Shown here: in pieces, positions 29,380 through 39,230 of the stretch
Layout: every line of letters begins with the position of its first letter
Position numbering within the stretch: position 1 is the first letter of the stretch
Notes under the pieces: generated by a model
Database searches by the model: none
Seen by the model: the letters and a program-made list of their open reading frames with translations, nothing else
Told to the model about the DNA's origin: nothing
Position numbers and translations under genes: made by a program
Assembly (NCBI GenBank): GCA_963972905.1
Contig: CAXAXQ010000016.1
Span: 20,446-84,445 of the forward strand
Source of the DNA: an uncultured Erythrobacteraceae bacterium
GTDB taxonomy: Bacteria > Pseudomonadota > Alphaproteobacteria > Sphingomonadales > Sphingomonadaceae
DNA length: 64,000 nucleotides
Reading direction: 5' to 3'

Positions 29380-30317
29380 CAGGCCAGCTCCTTCGCCAGC
29401 GCTTCGAGGTCTTCCATGGTGATCGCACTGGTCACCTTCGCGTCCTTGTCGGTGCGGCTGACCATCGGGCCGAGCACCTTGCCGCCCAGTTCCACGAAAT
29501 GCTCCACCCCGTTGGCGCGCATCGCCAGAACGCTTTCACGCCAGCGCACGCGGCCGGTGATCTGATCGACCAGAAGGGCTTTCTCTTCGTCCGAATCGGC
29601 CACCTTTGCGGCGGTCACGTTGGCATAGAGCGGCAGGTCCATCGCGGAGGGCGGCGTGTTTTCGAGCGCCAGCTTCATCCGCTGCGCGGCAGGCTTCATC
29701 AGTGAGCAATGGAACGGCGCAGAAACGGCGATCTTGATCGCTCGCTTGGCCCCGTATTCCTTCGCCATTTCGAGCACGCGGTCGATCGCCTGCGCGTGGC
29801 CGGAGACAACGACCTGCGAGGGATCATTGTCGTTGGCGATTTCGCACACCTGGCCCTCGGCAGCGGCTTCGGCCAGCTTCTGCGCGGTCTCGATATCAGA
29901 GCCGAGCAGCGCGGCCATGGAGCCGACGCCGATCGGCACGGCGTCCTGCATCGCAATACCACGCAGGCGCAGCAGCTTGGCGGTTTCGGTCAGCGAGAAC
30001 GCGTTGACCGCACACAGCGCGGTGTATTCGCCCAGCGAATGCCCGGCGACACAATCGCCCGCATCCTTCAGCTTCATGCCGAAGTCCTTCTCCAGCACGC
30101 GCAGAGCAGCGATCGCATTGGCCATAATCGCGGGCTGCGCATTGGAGGTCAGCGTCAGTTCGGCGTCCGTCCCTTCGCGCATCATCACCGACAGCTTCTG
30201 GTTCAGCGCTTCGTCGACTTCCTGAAAGGTTTCGCGCGCGGCGGCGCTGGCTTCGGCGAGGTCGACACCCATGCCGACCTTCTGGCTCCCCTGCCCGGGA
30301 AAAATAAAGGCTCGCAT
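29379..30317 (-). CDS. fabD: malonyl-CoA-ACP transacylase
   Basis: Start at MRAFIFPGQGSQKVGMG. Active-site GHSLGEY. Its stop overlaps the fabG start (TGATG). Confidence 0.92.
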   Translation of the reverse strand: MRAFIFPGQGSQKVGMGVDLAEASAAARETFQEVDEALNQKLSVMMREGTDAELTLTSNAQPAIMANAIAALRVLEKDFGMKLKDAGDCVAGHSLGEYTALCAVNAFSLTETAKLLRLRGIAMQDAVPIGVGSMAALLGSDIETAQKLAEAAAEGQVCEIANDNDPSQVVVSGHAQAIDRVLEMAKEYGAKRAIKIAVSAPFHCSLMKPAAQRMKLALENTPPSAMDLPLYANVTAAKVADSDEEKALLVDQITGRVRWRESVLAMRANGVEHFVELGGKVLGPMVSRTDKDAKVTSAITMEDLEALAKELA

Positions 30318-30342
30318 CAAAATCTCCTTGTGGCCCGCGGGC

Positions 30343-31173
30343 CTAGGAACCGCGCGCCGGGCTGGCAAGGCCGAAGGGGACGATCCGGTTGTCCGCCGTG
30401 TGGCCGATCTGCGCCCGGCCCAGATAGGGGATCCCCGCCCGCGCGCACCAGAACTGCGCGATTTCCTCTGCGCTCATCCCGAATTCACGGTCGTTTTCGG
30501 GCACATTGCTGACCGCGCCGAGTCTGAGGCCAGCGACGCGCGGAAGGGTGTTGGAGAGGCTGAAGAACAGCCGGTCGACAGCATAAAGATGTTCGCTCAC
30601 CTCCTCGACCATCACCACATGGCCGGAAAGGTCGGGCAGCATCGGCGTATCGACCATCATCGCCAGCGTGATGAGGTTGAACGCAACCGTCGGCGTCTTG
30701 CCGTCGAGGTGCGGCTCCAGCCCGCTGCCATCGCCGGAGAACCAGCGCAGCACCCGGCGCACCGCTTCGCGCCCGCGTTCGCTGCGCGCGCTGACCGGCA
30801 TCGAACCGTGGACCGGCTGGCCGATCTTCGCCCGGTAGAGCGCGGCGAGCATGTAGCCCATGTCCGAAAACCCGACATAGGTCTTCTGCCGCGCGGCGTC
30901 GTTCATCTGCGATACCGCGGCCTGCGCGATCCGGTTCGATCCGTAGCCACCCTTCGCGAACCACACCGCGTCATACTGCGGATCGTTCGCGCATTCGAGC
31001 AGCGCGGTCAGGCGTTGCAGATCGGTGCCCGCGAAGTGGCCCCAGCTTTCGAAGCATTGCGGGTGCACATGGACGCTGTGCTCGGGGAATTCCTCCGCCA
31101 CCAGATGCTCGATCGCGGCGGCATGGGCGGGCGTGATCGCGGTGGCGGGCGCGCAGATGGCGATGCGGGTCAT
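30343..31173 (-). CDS. ldcA: LD-carboxypeptidase (peptidase S66)
   Basis: Internal ATG at 31173 (MTRIAICAPATAI). GFSDMGYML nucleophile region, EEVSEH and GHTADN. The upstream part of the long ORF is translated repeat element. Confidence 0.75.
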   Translation of the reverse strand: MTRIAICAPATAITPAHAAAIEHLVAEEFPEHSVHVHPQCFESWGHFAGTDLQRLTALLECANDPQYDAVWFAKGGYGSNRIAQAAVSQMNDAARQKTYVGFSDMGYMLAALYRAKIGQPVHGSMPVSARSERGREAVRRVLRWFSGDGSGLEPHLDGKTPTVAFNLITLAMMVDTPMLPDLSGHVVMVEEVSEHLYAVDRLFFSLSNTLPRVAGLRLGAVSNVPENDREFGMSAEEIAQFWCARAGIPYLGRAQIGHTADNRIVPFGLASPARGS

Positions 31174-31202
31174 GCGGTCGTTGTATCCGCCAAACCCACC
31201 CC

Positions 31203-31286
31203 CGTCATCCCCGCGCAGGCGGGGATGACGCTTGGTTCTATGGAGCCCGTGGCAAAAAGCGGGACCCCCGCCTGCGCGGGGGTGAC
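31203..31286. repeat. palindromic MITE/REP-like element (family B)
   Basis: CGTCATCCCCGC-GCAG-GCGGGGATGACG (31203-31230, 12-bp stem) and ACCCCCGC-CTGC-GCGGGGGT (31264-31283). The outer ends are inverted copies (CGTCAYCCCCGCGCAGGCGGGG). Confidence 0.7.
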
Positions 31287-31316
31287 GAGTTGGTCTAATC
31301 ACAATAGGCAAGCCGG

Positions 31317-32747
31317 ATGACCGACCTTCCCGACCCCACAGCCGACCTCACCGCCCGCCCCTGGTTCTTCTGCGGGATCGGCGGATCGGGGATGCAGCCA
31401 CTCGCCGCGATCCTGAAAGGGCGCGGGGCGGAAGTGGCCGGGTCGGACCGCAGCTTCGACCAGGGCCGCACGCCGGACAAATTCGCCGCGCTGGAGCGTC
31501 AGGGTTTCCAGCTCTTCCCGCAGGACGGCAGCGGGATCACCCGGCCCCAGCAGGTGCTGGTGGCAAGCGCAGCGGTGGAGGACACCGTCCCCGAAGTCGT
31601 CCGCGCCAAGGAACTGGGCCTCCCCCGCCTGACCCGTGCGGACCTCAACGCAGCGCTATTCAACGCCGCCGAAACAGGCGTCGCAGTCGCGGGTACCAGC
31701 GGCAAGTCGACCGTCACCGGAATGCTCGGCTGGATACTGCACCACGCGGGCCGCGAGCCGACAATCATGAACGGCGCGGTGATGAAGAATTTCGTGTTCG
31801 AAGACCGCCCCTTCGCCAGCGCGGTGGTGGGCGATGCGGACCTCTATGTGTCCGAAGTCGACGAGAGCGACGGCTCGATCGCGCAATACAAGCCCGCCGT
31901 CGGCATCCTGCTCAACGTGAGCCTGGACCACAAGAGCATGGACGAGCTGCGCCAGCTCTTTGGCGATTTCCTAAAGGCATCCGAGCACGGCGTGGTGAAT
32001 GCCGATGACGAGGAAGCCTTCCGTCTGGTCGCGCACGCCAATGCGCCGCTGACCTTCGGCGTGACCAATGGCTGCGCCGCGCTCGGCATCGTCGAGGGAT
32101 CGCTTGCCGAGGGCCCGACGCGGCAGGCAGCGATAGTCCACGACAAGCGCGACGATACGCAGCACGCGCTGACGCTGGACCTGCCGGGGCGGCACAACCT
32201 GTCGAACGCGCTCGCCGCCATTGCGGGGGCCAACGCGGCGGGTGTGCCCGTGGCCGATGCGGTCGCGGCGCTGGCCGAGTTCAAAGGGCTGGCGCGCCGG
32301 TTCGATATCGTCGGCAGCTCGCCCTCCGGCGTCACGGTGATCGACGATTTCGGCCACAACCCGGAGAAGGCTGCGGCGACCCTGCGCACGCTGAAAGCAC
32401 ATCCGGGCCGCGTGCTCGCCTTCTTCCAGCCGCATGGCTACGGGCCGCTCAAGCAGATGGGTGCCGAACTGGCCGAGACCTTCGCCCGCGAACTCGGCCC
32501 CGACGATGTGACGGTGCTGTGCGACCCGGTCTATTTCGGCGGCACGGTCGACCGCAGCGAAGGCAGCGAGCGGATCGTCGACCTGATCGCCAAGCACGGC
32601 GGGAAAGCCATCCACATCAACACCCGCGAAGGCTGCGGCGACTGGCTTGTGGCGAACGCCCGGCCCGGCGACCGCATCGCGATCATGGGCGCACGCGACG
32701 ATACGCTGAGCGTGTTTGCGCGGCACGTGCTCGAGCGATTGGCGTGA
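31317..32747 (+). CDS. Mur ligase family protein (MurC/Mpl-like)
   Basis: FFCGIGGSGMQPLA Rossmann-like N-terminus, P-loop GTSGKSTVTGML, SEVDESDGS and NVSLDHK. Divergent from ldcA. Confidence 0.8.
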   Translation: MTDLPDPTADLTARPWFFCGIGGSGMQPLAAILKGRGAEVAGSDRSFDQGRTPDKFAALERQGFQLFPQDGSGITRPQQVLVASAAVEDTVPEVVRAKELGLPRLTRADLNAALFNAAETGVAVAGTSGKSTVTGMLGWILHHAGREPTIMNGAVMKNFVFEDRPFASAVVGDADLYVSEVDESDGSIAQYKPAVGILLNVSLDHKSMDELRQLFGDFLKASEHGVVNADDEEAFRLVAHANAPLTFGVTNGCAALGIVEGSLAEGPTRQAAIVHDKRDDTQHALTLDLPGRHNLSNALAAIAGANAAGVPVADAVAALAEFKGLARRFDIVGSSPSGVTVIDDFGHNPEKAAATLRTLKAHPGRVLAFFQPHGYGPLKQMGAELAETFARELGPDDVTVLCDPVYFGGTVDRSEGSERIVDLIAKHGGKAIHINTREGCGDWLVANARPGDRIAIMGARDDTLSVFARHVLERLA

Positions 32748-33034
32748 GCGTCTACGAACGCGCCCGGCGCCACGCGCTCAAGATGCTGCTCGGTGTCGCG
32801 ATCGGCGTGGTGTTCATCATCGCGGTCGATGCGTGGGTCGGGCATTCGAGCATTGCTTTTGCCATCGTGATCTTCGGCTTGTTCATGGCCAATATCGGCA
32901 TTCTGGGCTTCAACTGCCCGAACTGCCGCAAGAACCTGTTCTTCTATCGCGGCGTTCTGATGCTGCCGTGGCCCAACAAGGTTTGCGGCCGGTGCGGGAC
33001 GGATCTGACGAAGGAGCCCTGGAAGGGCAAATAG
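32744..33034 (+). CDS. small membrane protein with C-terminal zinc-ribbon (CPNC..CGRC)
   Basis: GTG at 32744 overlaps the upstream stop (GTGA). Two TM helices, then NCPNCRKN..VCGRCGTDL. The start is uncertain. Confidence 0.45.
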   Translation: MSVYERARRHALKMLLGVAIGVVFIIAVDAWVGHSSIAFAIVIFGLFMANIGILGFNCPNCRKNLFFYRGVLMLPWPNKVCGRCGTDLTKEPWKGK

Positions 33035-33046
33035 CACGGAAGGCCG

Positions 33047-34009
33047 CTAGTGCGCGCCCTCGCCTTCGTCCTTGCCGTGTCCCAGTCCGAAGACCTTGTG
33101 CAGCACAAGGAAGATCGCCGCGCCCAGCACCAGTCCGAGCAGCGCCGAAGCAGCCGCGTAGGTCGCCCAGCCGAGGATGCCGCCCAGCGCGCCGGTGGTG
33201 GTCTCCACGGCATGTTCCAGCCCGTGGCTTGCATCATAGAGCGTGTGGAAGCCCAGTTCATGCGTGCCGTGCAGGATGATCCCGCCGCCGACCCACAGCA
33301 TCGCTGCGGTCCCCACGACCGACAAAATCGTCAGGATATGCGGCATCGCGTTGAGCATCAGCTTGCCGATCTTCTTCGCCGTATCGCCCGGTTTTTCCAT
33401 CAGGCTGAGCCCGATGTCGTCCAGCTTCACGATGATCGCCACCGCGCCATAGATGAACGCCGTTACCGCCAGGCCCACCAGTGCGAGCACGATGGCACGG
33501 GTCAGGAAGGTTTCCGCCGCGACCTCGTTCAGCGTGATCGCCATGATTTCGGCGGACAGGATCAGGTCGGTGCGAATCGCACCCGAGACCCGCTCCTTCT
33601 CGAACGCTGCCTCGTCCTCGATCGGCTCTTCGATGGTCTTGCCATGCTTCGCGCCGCTCAGCTTCTCGACGATCTTTTCCGCGCCCTCGTAAGAGAGGTA
33701 ACAGCCGCCCAGCATCAGGATGAAGACGATCGCCTGTGGCAGGAATTCGCTTAGCGCCAAGGCGCCCGGTAACAGGATCAACAGCTTGTTCTTCACGCTG
33801 CCCTTGGCGATCTTGGCGATGATCGGCAGCTCGCGCGCGGGGCTGAACCCCACGACATAGCCGGGGGTGACCGCCGCATCGTCGATCACCACGCCCGCGG
33901 TCTTGGAGCCCGCGCGGCCCGCCGCCGCTGCCACATCGTCGACCGAAGAGGCCGCCGCACGTGCAATGATCGAAACGTCGTCGAGTAATGCGGCAAGGCC
34001 ACCGGGCAC
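33047..34009 (-). CDS. DUF808 (YedI-like) inner membrane protein
   Basis: N-terminus GGLAALLDDVSIIARAAASSVDDVAAAAGRAGSKTAGVVIDDAAVTP is typical of DUF808. Several TM helices follow. Confidence 0.75.
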   Translation of the reverse strand: MPGGLAALLDDVSIIARAAASSVDDVAAAAGRAGSKTAGVVIDDAAVTPGYVVGFSPARELPIIAKIAKGSVKNKLLILLPGALALSEFLPQAIVFILMLGGCYLSYEGAEKIVEKLSGAKHGKTIEEPIEDEAAFEKERVSGAIRTDLILSAEIMAITLNEVAAETFLTRAIVLALVGLAVTAFIYGAVAIIVKLDDIGLSLMEKPGDTAKKIGKLMLNAMPHILTILSVVGTAAMLWVGGGIILHGTHELGFHTLYDASHGLEHAVETTTGALGGILGWATYAAASALLGLVLGAAIFLVLHKVFGLGHGKDEGEGAH

Positions 34010-34023
34010 GCTATTCTCCTACT

Positions 34024-34380
34024 TCAGACTAAGTTCTTTAGGGTATGACGGGGGCCGCGAGTGTCCGTTCCGACTGTGCTTTGGAAAAAATGCGTTGCGT
34101 CGGCCATCCGCGTCTGCCTGAAAACGGCGATAAGCTCACCGGCTTCGTCGAATGTGCAGAAAGTCTCGAGGGCGCGATCCGCCGACACCATCACGCTTCC
34201 GACTCTGCCGAAGGATAAGAAACCCTCCGCAAGGGGCGCTCCACGGCATGATTCGATAGTGGCCGCATCGGTTGCTTCCGCCAAGTATACCCGACTGAAA
34301 GAAGTCTTAGTGGGAGACCCGCAAGCGGCAAGCTGGCACGCGGCGAGTATCGTGGCTGCAAGTGTCGGAAATTTCGGCAT
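34024..34380 (-). CDS. putative lipoprotein
   Basis: ATG at 34380 gives MPKFPTLAATILAACQLAACGSP (lipobox LAAC). The longer ORF to 34872 overlaps rpsF and was trimmed. Confidence 0.5.
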   Translation of the reverse strand: MPKFPTLAATILAACQLAACGSPTKTSFSRVYLAEATDAATIESCRGAPLAEGFLSFGRVGSVMVSADRALETFCTFDEAGELIAVFRQTRMADATHFFQSTVGTDTRGPRHTLKNLV

Positions 34381-34584
34381 GGACTTCCCCTCGGCTAACG
34401 ACCGACGTAATGACTGCCCGCCGCGGCACCGTCCCGCAAGCCTTGCATTGTCCGCCAATCCAGCTATGTGCCTCGCTTCCCTGCTGTCGGCGACGGCTGG
34501 CAGTGGGGAAACCAAGAAAGCCGGAGGGGCCCCGTCATCCGGACGGACAAGCCAGCGATCGGCAGCAATGTGAAAGGACAAAGC

Positions 34585-34956
34585 ATGGCTCTTTATGAGC
34601 ATGTGTTCCTTGCGCGCCAGGATTTGAGCCAGTCGCAAGTCGACGCTCTGGCCGCGCAAGCCACCGAGATTATCGAGTCGAACGAAGGCAAGGTCACCAA
34701 GACGGAGACCTGGGGCCTGAAGAACCTCGCCTACAAGATCGACCGCAACCGTAAGGCCCACTTCGTTCTGCTGAACATCGAAGGCCCCGGTGCGATGGTC
34801 GCCGAACTCGAACGGCAGACCCGCATCAACGAAGACGTCATCCGCTACATGACCATCCGCGTGGACGAACACGAGGAAGGCCCGTCGGCGATGATGCGCA
34901 AGAACGAACGCGATTCCAAGAAGCGCCGTGAGCGCTCCGATCGGGGAGACGACTAA
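34585..34956 (+). CDS. rpsF: 30S ribosomal protein S6
   Basis: [22 protein letters not shown]..; tail ..[11 protein letters not shown]. Confidence 0.95.
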   Translation: MALYEHVFLARQDLSQSQVDALAAQATEIIESNEGKVTKTETWGLKNLAYKIDRNRKAHFVLLNIEGPGAMVAELERQTRINEDVIRYMTIRVDEHEEGPSAMMRKNERDSKKRRERSDRGDD

Positions 34957-35180
34957 TGGCCCGCCCGTTTTTCCGCCGCCGCAAGACCTGCCCGTTCTCG
35001 GGCAAGAATGCTCCGGTCATCGACTACAAGGACGTGCGTCTGCTGCAGGGCTTCATGTCCGAACGTGGCAAGATCGTCCCCAGCCGCATCACCGCCGTCA
35101 GCGCGAAGAAGCAGCGTGAACTCGCCAAGGCGATCAAGCGTTCGCGCCATATCGGCCTTCTTCCCTACGTCGTGAAGTAA
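34956..35180 (+). CDS. rpsR: 30S ribosomal protein S18
   Basis: [30 protein letters not shown]..; TAATG overlap with rpsF. Confidence 0.95.
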   Translation: MARPFFRRRKTCPFSGKNAPVIDYKDVRLLQGFMSERGKIVPSRITAVSAKKQRELAKAIKRSRHIGLLPYVVK

Positions 35181-35194
35181 GAGGAGCTAACACC

Positions 35195-35884
35195 ATGGAT
35201 ATCATCCTCCTCGAACGTATCGGCAATCTGGGCGGCATCGGCGACGTCGTGACCGTCAAGGACGGCTACGCGCGCAACTTCCTACTGCCGCAGAAGAAGG
35301 CGCTGCGCGCCAACTCTGCAAACAAGAAGGTCTTCGAAGCGAACCGCGAGCGCCTCGAAAAGGAAAACGCGGAACGTCGCGGCGAAGCCGAAAAGTCTGG
35401 CGAGAAGATCGCCGGTGCAGAAGTCGTCCTGATCCGCGCCTCGTCGAATGCCGGCCAGCTGTACGGTTCGGTCAACGTGCGCGACATCGTGGCGGGCCTC
35501 GAAGCCCAAGGCCACGAAATCGACAAGAAGCAGGTCGTCATGGGTAGCCCCATCAAGACGATCGGCATGCACGACGTCACCGTTGCGCTGCACCCCGAGG
35601 TGCACGTGACCGTGAAGGCCAACGTCGCCCGTTCGGACGACGAAGCCGAACTGCAGAGCCAGGGCGTCGACGTCCTCGCCCAGATGTTCGAAGACGACCA
35701 ACGGCAGATCGAAGAAGCGGCTGCCGAGAACCAGGTCGATCCCAATCTCGAGCCGGGCGAAATCCCTGCCGAGCTGATGGAAGACGGTGTTTCGACCCCG
35801 GAAGACCAGACGACCACCGAGTCGCTGATCGAAGCGACCGAGCCGGAAACGAGCTCGGACGAGGTCGAACCCAAGAGCGAATAA
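35195..35884 (+). CDS. rplI: 50S ribosomal protein L9 with a long acidic C-terminal extension
   Basis: [32 protein letters not shown].. 229 aa; the last ~80 aa are D/E/T/P-rich. Confidence 0.93.
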   Translation: MDIILLERIGNLGGIGDVVTVKDGYARNFLLPQKKALRANSANKKVFEANRERLEKENAERRGEAEKSGEKIAGAEVVLIRASSNAGQLYGSVNVRDIVAGLEAQGHEIDKKQVVMGSPIKTIGMHDVTVALHPEVHVTVKANVARSDDEAELQSQGVDVLAQMFEDDQRQIEEAAAENQVDPNLEPGEIPAELMEDGVSTPEDQTTTESLIEATEPETSSDEVEPKSE

Positions 35885-35912
35885 GCCTCGCTCCGATCAC
35901 AGCGAAACAAAG

Positions 35913-35949
35913 GGCCGCTGCCGTCAGCCGACGCGCAGCGGCCTTTTTC
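35913..35949 (+). terminator. rho-independent terminator after rplI
   Basis: GGCCGCTGC (35913-35921) pairs with GCAGCGGCC (35935-35943), followed by TTTTT. Confidence 0.75.
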
Positions 35950-36022
35950 GTTTGGTCGCCAAATGCCCTACATCGCGATCGCCACTTGGCGGTGTCATGC
36001 GACGCCGCTAGGACGCGCGGCC

Positions 36023-37459
36023 ATGCTGACCATCGACCAAGCTCTCGACGCGCTCGACGCGCAATATGAAAAAGCTATCACCGCGCTGCGCGAAGATATC
36101 GTGGCATTCGCCAAAACCGGCGGCCTGCCCACCGCAAGCGCGCGCGAGGGCCGCTACACCTATCCGCGCCTGCTGCTCCATTACGACGGCAGCGAACCGC
36201 AGGACGCACGCAGCCGCGCCTTCGGCCGTCTCGCCCGCGCGGGCACCTACGCCACCACGGTCACGCGGCCTGCGTTGTTCCGCGATTACCTTCGCGCGCA
36301 GCTGGAACTGATCGAGAGCGATTATCCCATCCGCCTCGACGTGCAGCCATCGGACCAGGAAATCCCTTTCCCCTACGTGCTGGACGGGGAAGCGACGGCC
36401 AAGCTCGCGGGCACGAGCCCGCAAGAAATTGCGCGCCATTTCCCGCACACTGATCTTGCCGATATCGGGGATGAGCTGGCCGACGGAATCGAACTGGAGG
36501 ACGAGGATGCAATGATCCCGCTCTCGCTGTTCGACGGGTTGCGGACCGATTTCAGCCTCGCGCGGCTGGCGCACTACACCGGGACCGACCCCGAGCATTT
36601 CCAGCGCTTCGTGCTGTTCACCAACTATCACCGCTATGTCGACGAATTCGTCGATTGGGCGGGCGCGCGGCTCGGCGATGACGATTGCAGCGCGCTTGCC
36701 GGGCCGGGTGGGCTCTTCCTGACCGAGCCGACGCAGGACGCGTCGAAGCAGCTCTCCGACGCGGCATGGCGGCGGCACCAGATGCCCGCCTACCACCTGA
36801 TCGGCAAAGGCGGCGGGGGGATTACGCTGGTCAATATCGGCGTCGGGCCGAGCAATGCGAAGACCATCTGCGATCATCTGGCCGTATTGCGGCCGGAGGC
36901 GTGGCTGATGATCGGCCATTGCGGCGGTCTGCGCGCCAGCCAGAAGATCGGCGACTATGTGCTAGCCCATGCCTATCTGCGCGACGACCATGTGCTCGAT
37001 CCCGTGCTGCCGCCCGAGATTCCGCTGCCCGCGATCGCCGAAGTGCAGCAGGCGCTTGCCGCCGCGGCGGAGGATGTGTCGGGCCGTCAGGGCAGCGACC
37101 TCAAGCAACGCCTGCGCACGGGCACCGTGGTGACGACCGACGACCGCAACTGGGAACTGCGCTATGCCATGTCGGCGCGGCGCTTCTCGCTGAGCCGCGC
37201 GGTCGCAATCGACATGGAAAGCGCGACCATCGCCGCGCAGGGCTACCGCTTCCGGGTGCCCTACGGCACGCTGCTATGCGTCAGCGACAAACCGCTGCAT
37301 GGTGAGATCAAGCTGCCCAAGCAGGCGAACACCTTCTACGAAGAGGCGATCGCCGCGCACCTGCAGATCGGGATCGGCGCCTGCCGCTATCTGCGCAAGG
37401 AGGGCGCACGCCTGCATTCGCGCAAGCTGCGGGCCTTCAACGAGCCTGCCTTCAGGTAG
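36023..37459 (+). CDS. amn: AMP nucleosidase
   Basis: Start at MLTIDQALDAL. Catalytic-domain block ITLVNIGVGPSNAKTICDHLAVLRPEAWLMIGHCGGL..IDMESATIAAQG. Confidence 0.88.
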   Translation: MLTIDQALDALDAQYEKAITALREDIVAFAKTGGLPTASAREGRYTYPRLLLHYDGSEPQDARSRAFGRLARAGTYATTVTRPALFRDYLRAQLELIESDYPIRLDVQPSDQEIPFPYVLDGEATAKLAGTSPQEIARHFPHTDLADIGDELADGIELEDEDAMIPLSLFDGLRTDFSLARLAHYTGTDPEHFQRFVLFTNYHRYVDEFVDWAGARLGDDDCSALAGPGGLFLTEPTQDASKQLSDAAWRRHQMPAYHLIGKGGGGITLVNIGVGPSNAKTICDHLAVLRPEAWLMIGHCGGLRASQKIGDYVLAHAYLRDDHVLDPVLPPEIPLPAIAEVQQALAAAAEDVSGRQGSDLKQRLRTGTVVTTDDRNWELRYAMSARRFSLSRAVAIDMESATIAAQGYRFRVPYGTLLCVSDKPLHGEIKLPKQANTFYEEAIAAHLQIGIGACRYLRKEGARLHSRKLRAFNEPAFR

Positions 37460-37480
37460 CCGCGGCTTACGGAGAAAAGG

Positions 37481-37897
37481 ATGGTCCAGCTCGATCCCGC
37501 CTACCAGCTCGCGCTAGCCGACATGATGATCGGCGTTTGCTCGTTCCTCGGCGGTTTCTCGGCGACCATCTTCGTCACGTTGCTGACGCTGGCGAAGCCG
37601 GGCGTCTTCGCGCGAATCTCCATCGGCGCATCGGCCTTCGCGGCGGTGGCCTTCATCATCTGCCTGACCTCGGCCGTTTCGATCAGCTTCGCGCTTCATC
37701 CCGCAGCGCCTTCAGCCGTCAGGGACGCACCGCTGTCGGCCCTGCAGGTGACAATCGCGATCAGCTTCATCCTCGGCATCGCCGCGATGCTGGGCTCGAT
37801 CGGAGTGGCCGGCTGGGTCCGCTCGCGCGCGCTGGGTATCTTCACCAGCGTGATCGCGGGGGTCGGGCTGCTGATGGCACTCACGCAGCTGACGTGA
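37481..37897 (+). CDS. hypothetical membrane protein (4 TM)
   Basis: 138-aa hydrophobic ORF with GC3-rich usage. No family recognised. Confidence 0.5.
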   Translation: MVQLDPAYQLALADMMIGVCSFLGGFSATIFVTLLTLAKPGVFARISIGASAFAAVAFIICLTSAVSISFALHPAAPSAVRDAPLSALQVTIAISFILGIAAMLGSIGVAGWVRSRALGIFTSVIAGVGLLMALTQLT

Positions 37898-38046
37898 GGC
37901 GTGCACAGTCGGCAATGCTGACGAGCGCGCTTTTTTCCAGCACTGACGGGGCGATAACCGTCCTCCCGCAGGCATCGCCAATCTTGCAATGAAATCAATC
38001 TAGCGTTTAGATAGTCGGCACGCAGGGGCCATGACGAAGAGCGACA

Positions 38047-39111
38047 GTGCTGACGACCGAGAACAAAGACGCGTGGGGCCGCTTGCCGTTCTCGCTGACC
38101 ATATCCGACCTCAGTCAGGATGACGAACCGTTGATTTTCGTCAACCGCGCTTTCGAGCGCATGACAGGCTATTCGCAATCTTCCGTCCTTGGCCGGAACT
38201 GCCGCTTTCTCCAGGGTGAAAAGACCGATCGCGACGTGGTCGCCCGGCTGGCGAAGGGTATCGCCGAATGCCGGGAGGTCGAGGAGACGATCTATAATTA
38301 CCGCGCCGATGGCGAGGGGTTCTGGAACCGGCTCGTTATGGCGCCCCTTTGGGACGAGCACGATTCCTGCCGGTTTTTCGTGGGTTTCCAGTGCGATCTG
38401 GGGACGGGTACCGACGCGAGGATCAGCGAGAAGCTGGACCGGCAGCTGGCCGAAGTTCAGCATCGGGTGAAGAACCACTTGTCGATGATCGTCGGCATGA
38501 TTCGCATCCAGGCCAACAGCGCCGAAGGAAACGCGAAACAGTTCGAAAGCCTGTCGCGCAGGGTCGAAGCGCTCCAGCTTCTGTACCAGGAAATGGACCA
38601 GGCGGGCGCAGCCAAGGCGACGGACAAGATCATTCCGCTCGGGGCCTATCTCAGCAGAATATCCTCTGCGATCAATCACATCGATGGGCGGCAGGCCATC
38701 AAGCTCAACTTCCAGTCTGACACGATCGATGTCCCGGTCGAGACCGCTGCACGGATCGGCCTCGTCGTATCCGAAATCGTGACCAATTCACTGCAGCATG
38801 CCTTCAAGGATCGGGATCATGGTGTGGTCACTATCCGGTCCAACGTCATGTCGAACGAGTTGCTCAGGATCACGATCGAAGATGATGGCGTGGGCCTGCC
38901 GGACGATTGCAACTGGCCGCACGAGGGGAATCTCGGCGCGCGGATCGTCCGTCAGCTCGTGGCAGGGCTGGACGGTCAACTCGAAGTTATCAAATCCGCC
39001 ACCGGGACCATTATCAATATCGATATCAAGCTGGCAGACCAGGCCGGGTTGATAGAAGCGGAACGCGAAGAAGAACAGCCGACCGTGACGGCCGCAGAAC
39101 AGCAGCAATAG
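38047..39111 (+). CDS. blue-light LOV-domain histidine kinase (HWE/HisKA_2 type)
   Basis: LOV core LIFVNRAFERMTGY..GRNCRFLQG (adduct Cys). H-box EVQHRVKNHLSMIVGMIRIQ. ATPase block EIVTNSLQHAF..IEDDGVGLP. GTG start. Confidence 0.9.
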   Translation: MLTTENKDAWGRLPFSLTISDLSQDDEPLIFVNRAFERMTGYSQSSVLGRNCRFLQGEKTDRDVVARLAKGIAECREVEETIYNYRADGEGFWNRLVMAPLWDEHDSCRFFVGFQCDLGTGTDARISEKLDRQLAEVQHRVKNHLSMIVGMIRIQANSAEGNAKQFESLSRRVEALQLLYQEMDQAGAAKATDKIIPLGAYLSRISSAINHIDGRQAIKLNFQSDTIDVPVETAARIGLVVSEIVTNSLQHAFKDRDHGVVTIRSNVMSNELLRITIEDDGVGLPDDCNWPHEGNLGARIVRQLVAGLDGQLEVIKSATGTIINIDIKLADQAGLIEAEREEEQPTVTAAEQQQ

Positions 39112-39230
39112 CTCCCACGCTGGCGGGGCTCAGACGAGGACTGAAGGTCGGCGGCCCAACGCGGTCGGCCTCCGCACGACCGGAAACCGCGACAATTTAA
39201 CGGGCCGACTTTCAGGTAGGACGCCCTTTT

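Noticed and set aside
34381-34872. Upstream extension of the minus-strand ORF to 282 aa, overlapping rpsF
   Set aside because: It overlaps the unmistakable S6 gene. The lipoprotein-like signal begins at the internal ATG 34380.
38031-38046. ATG at 38031 as the start of the LOV kinase
   Set aside because: It is in a different frame that terminates after about 30 codons. The LOV frame begins at GTG 38047.
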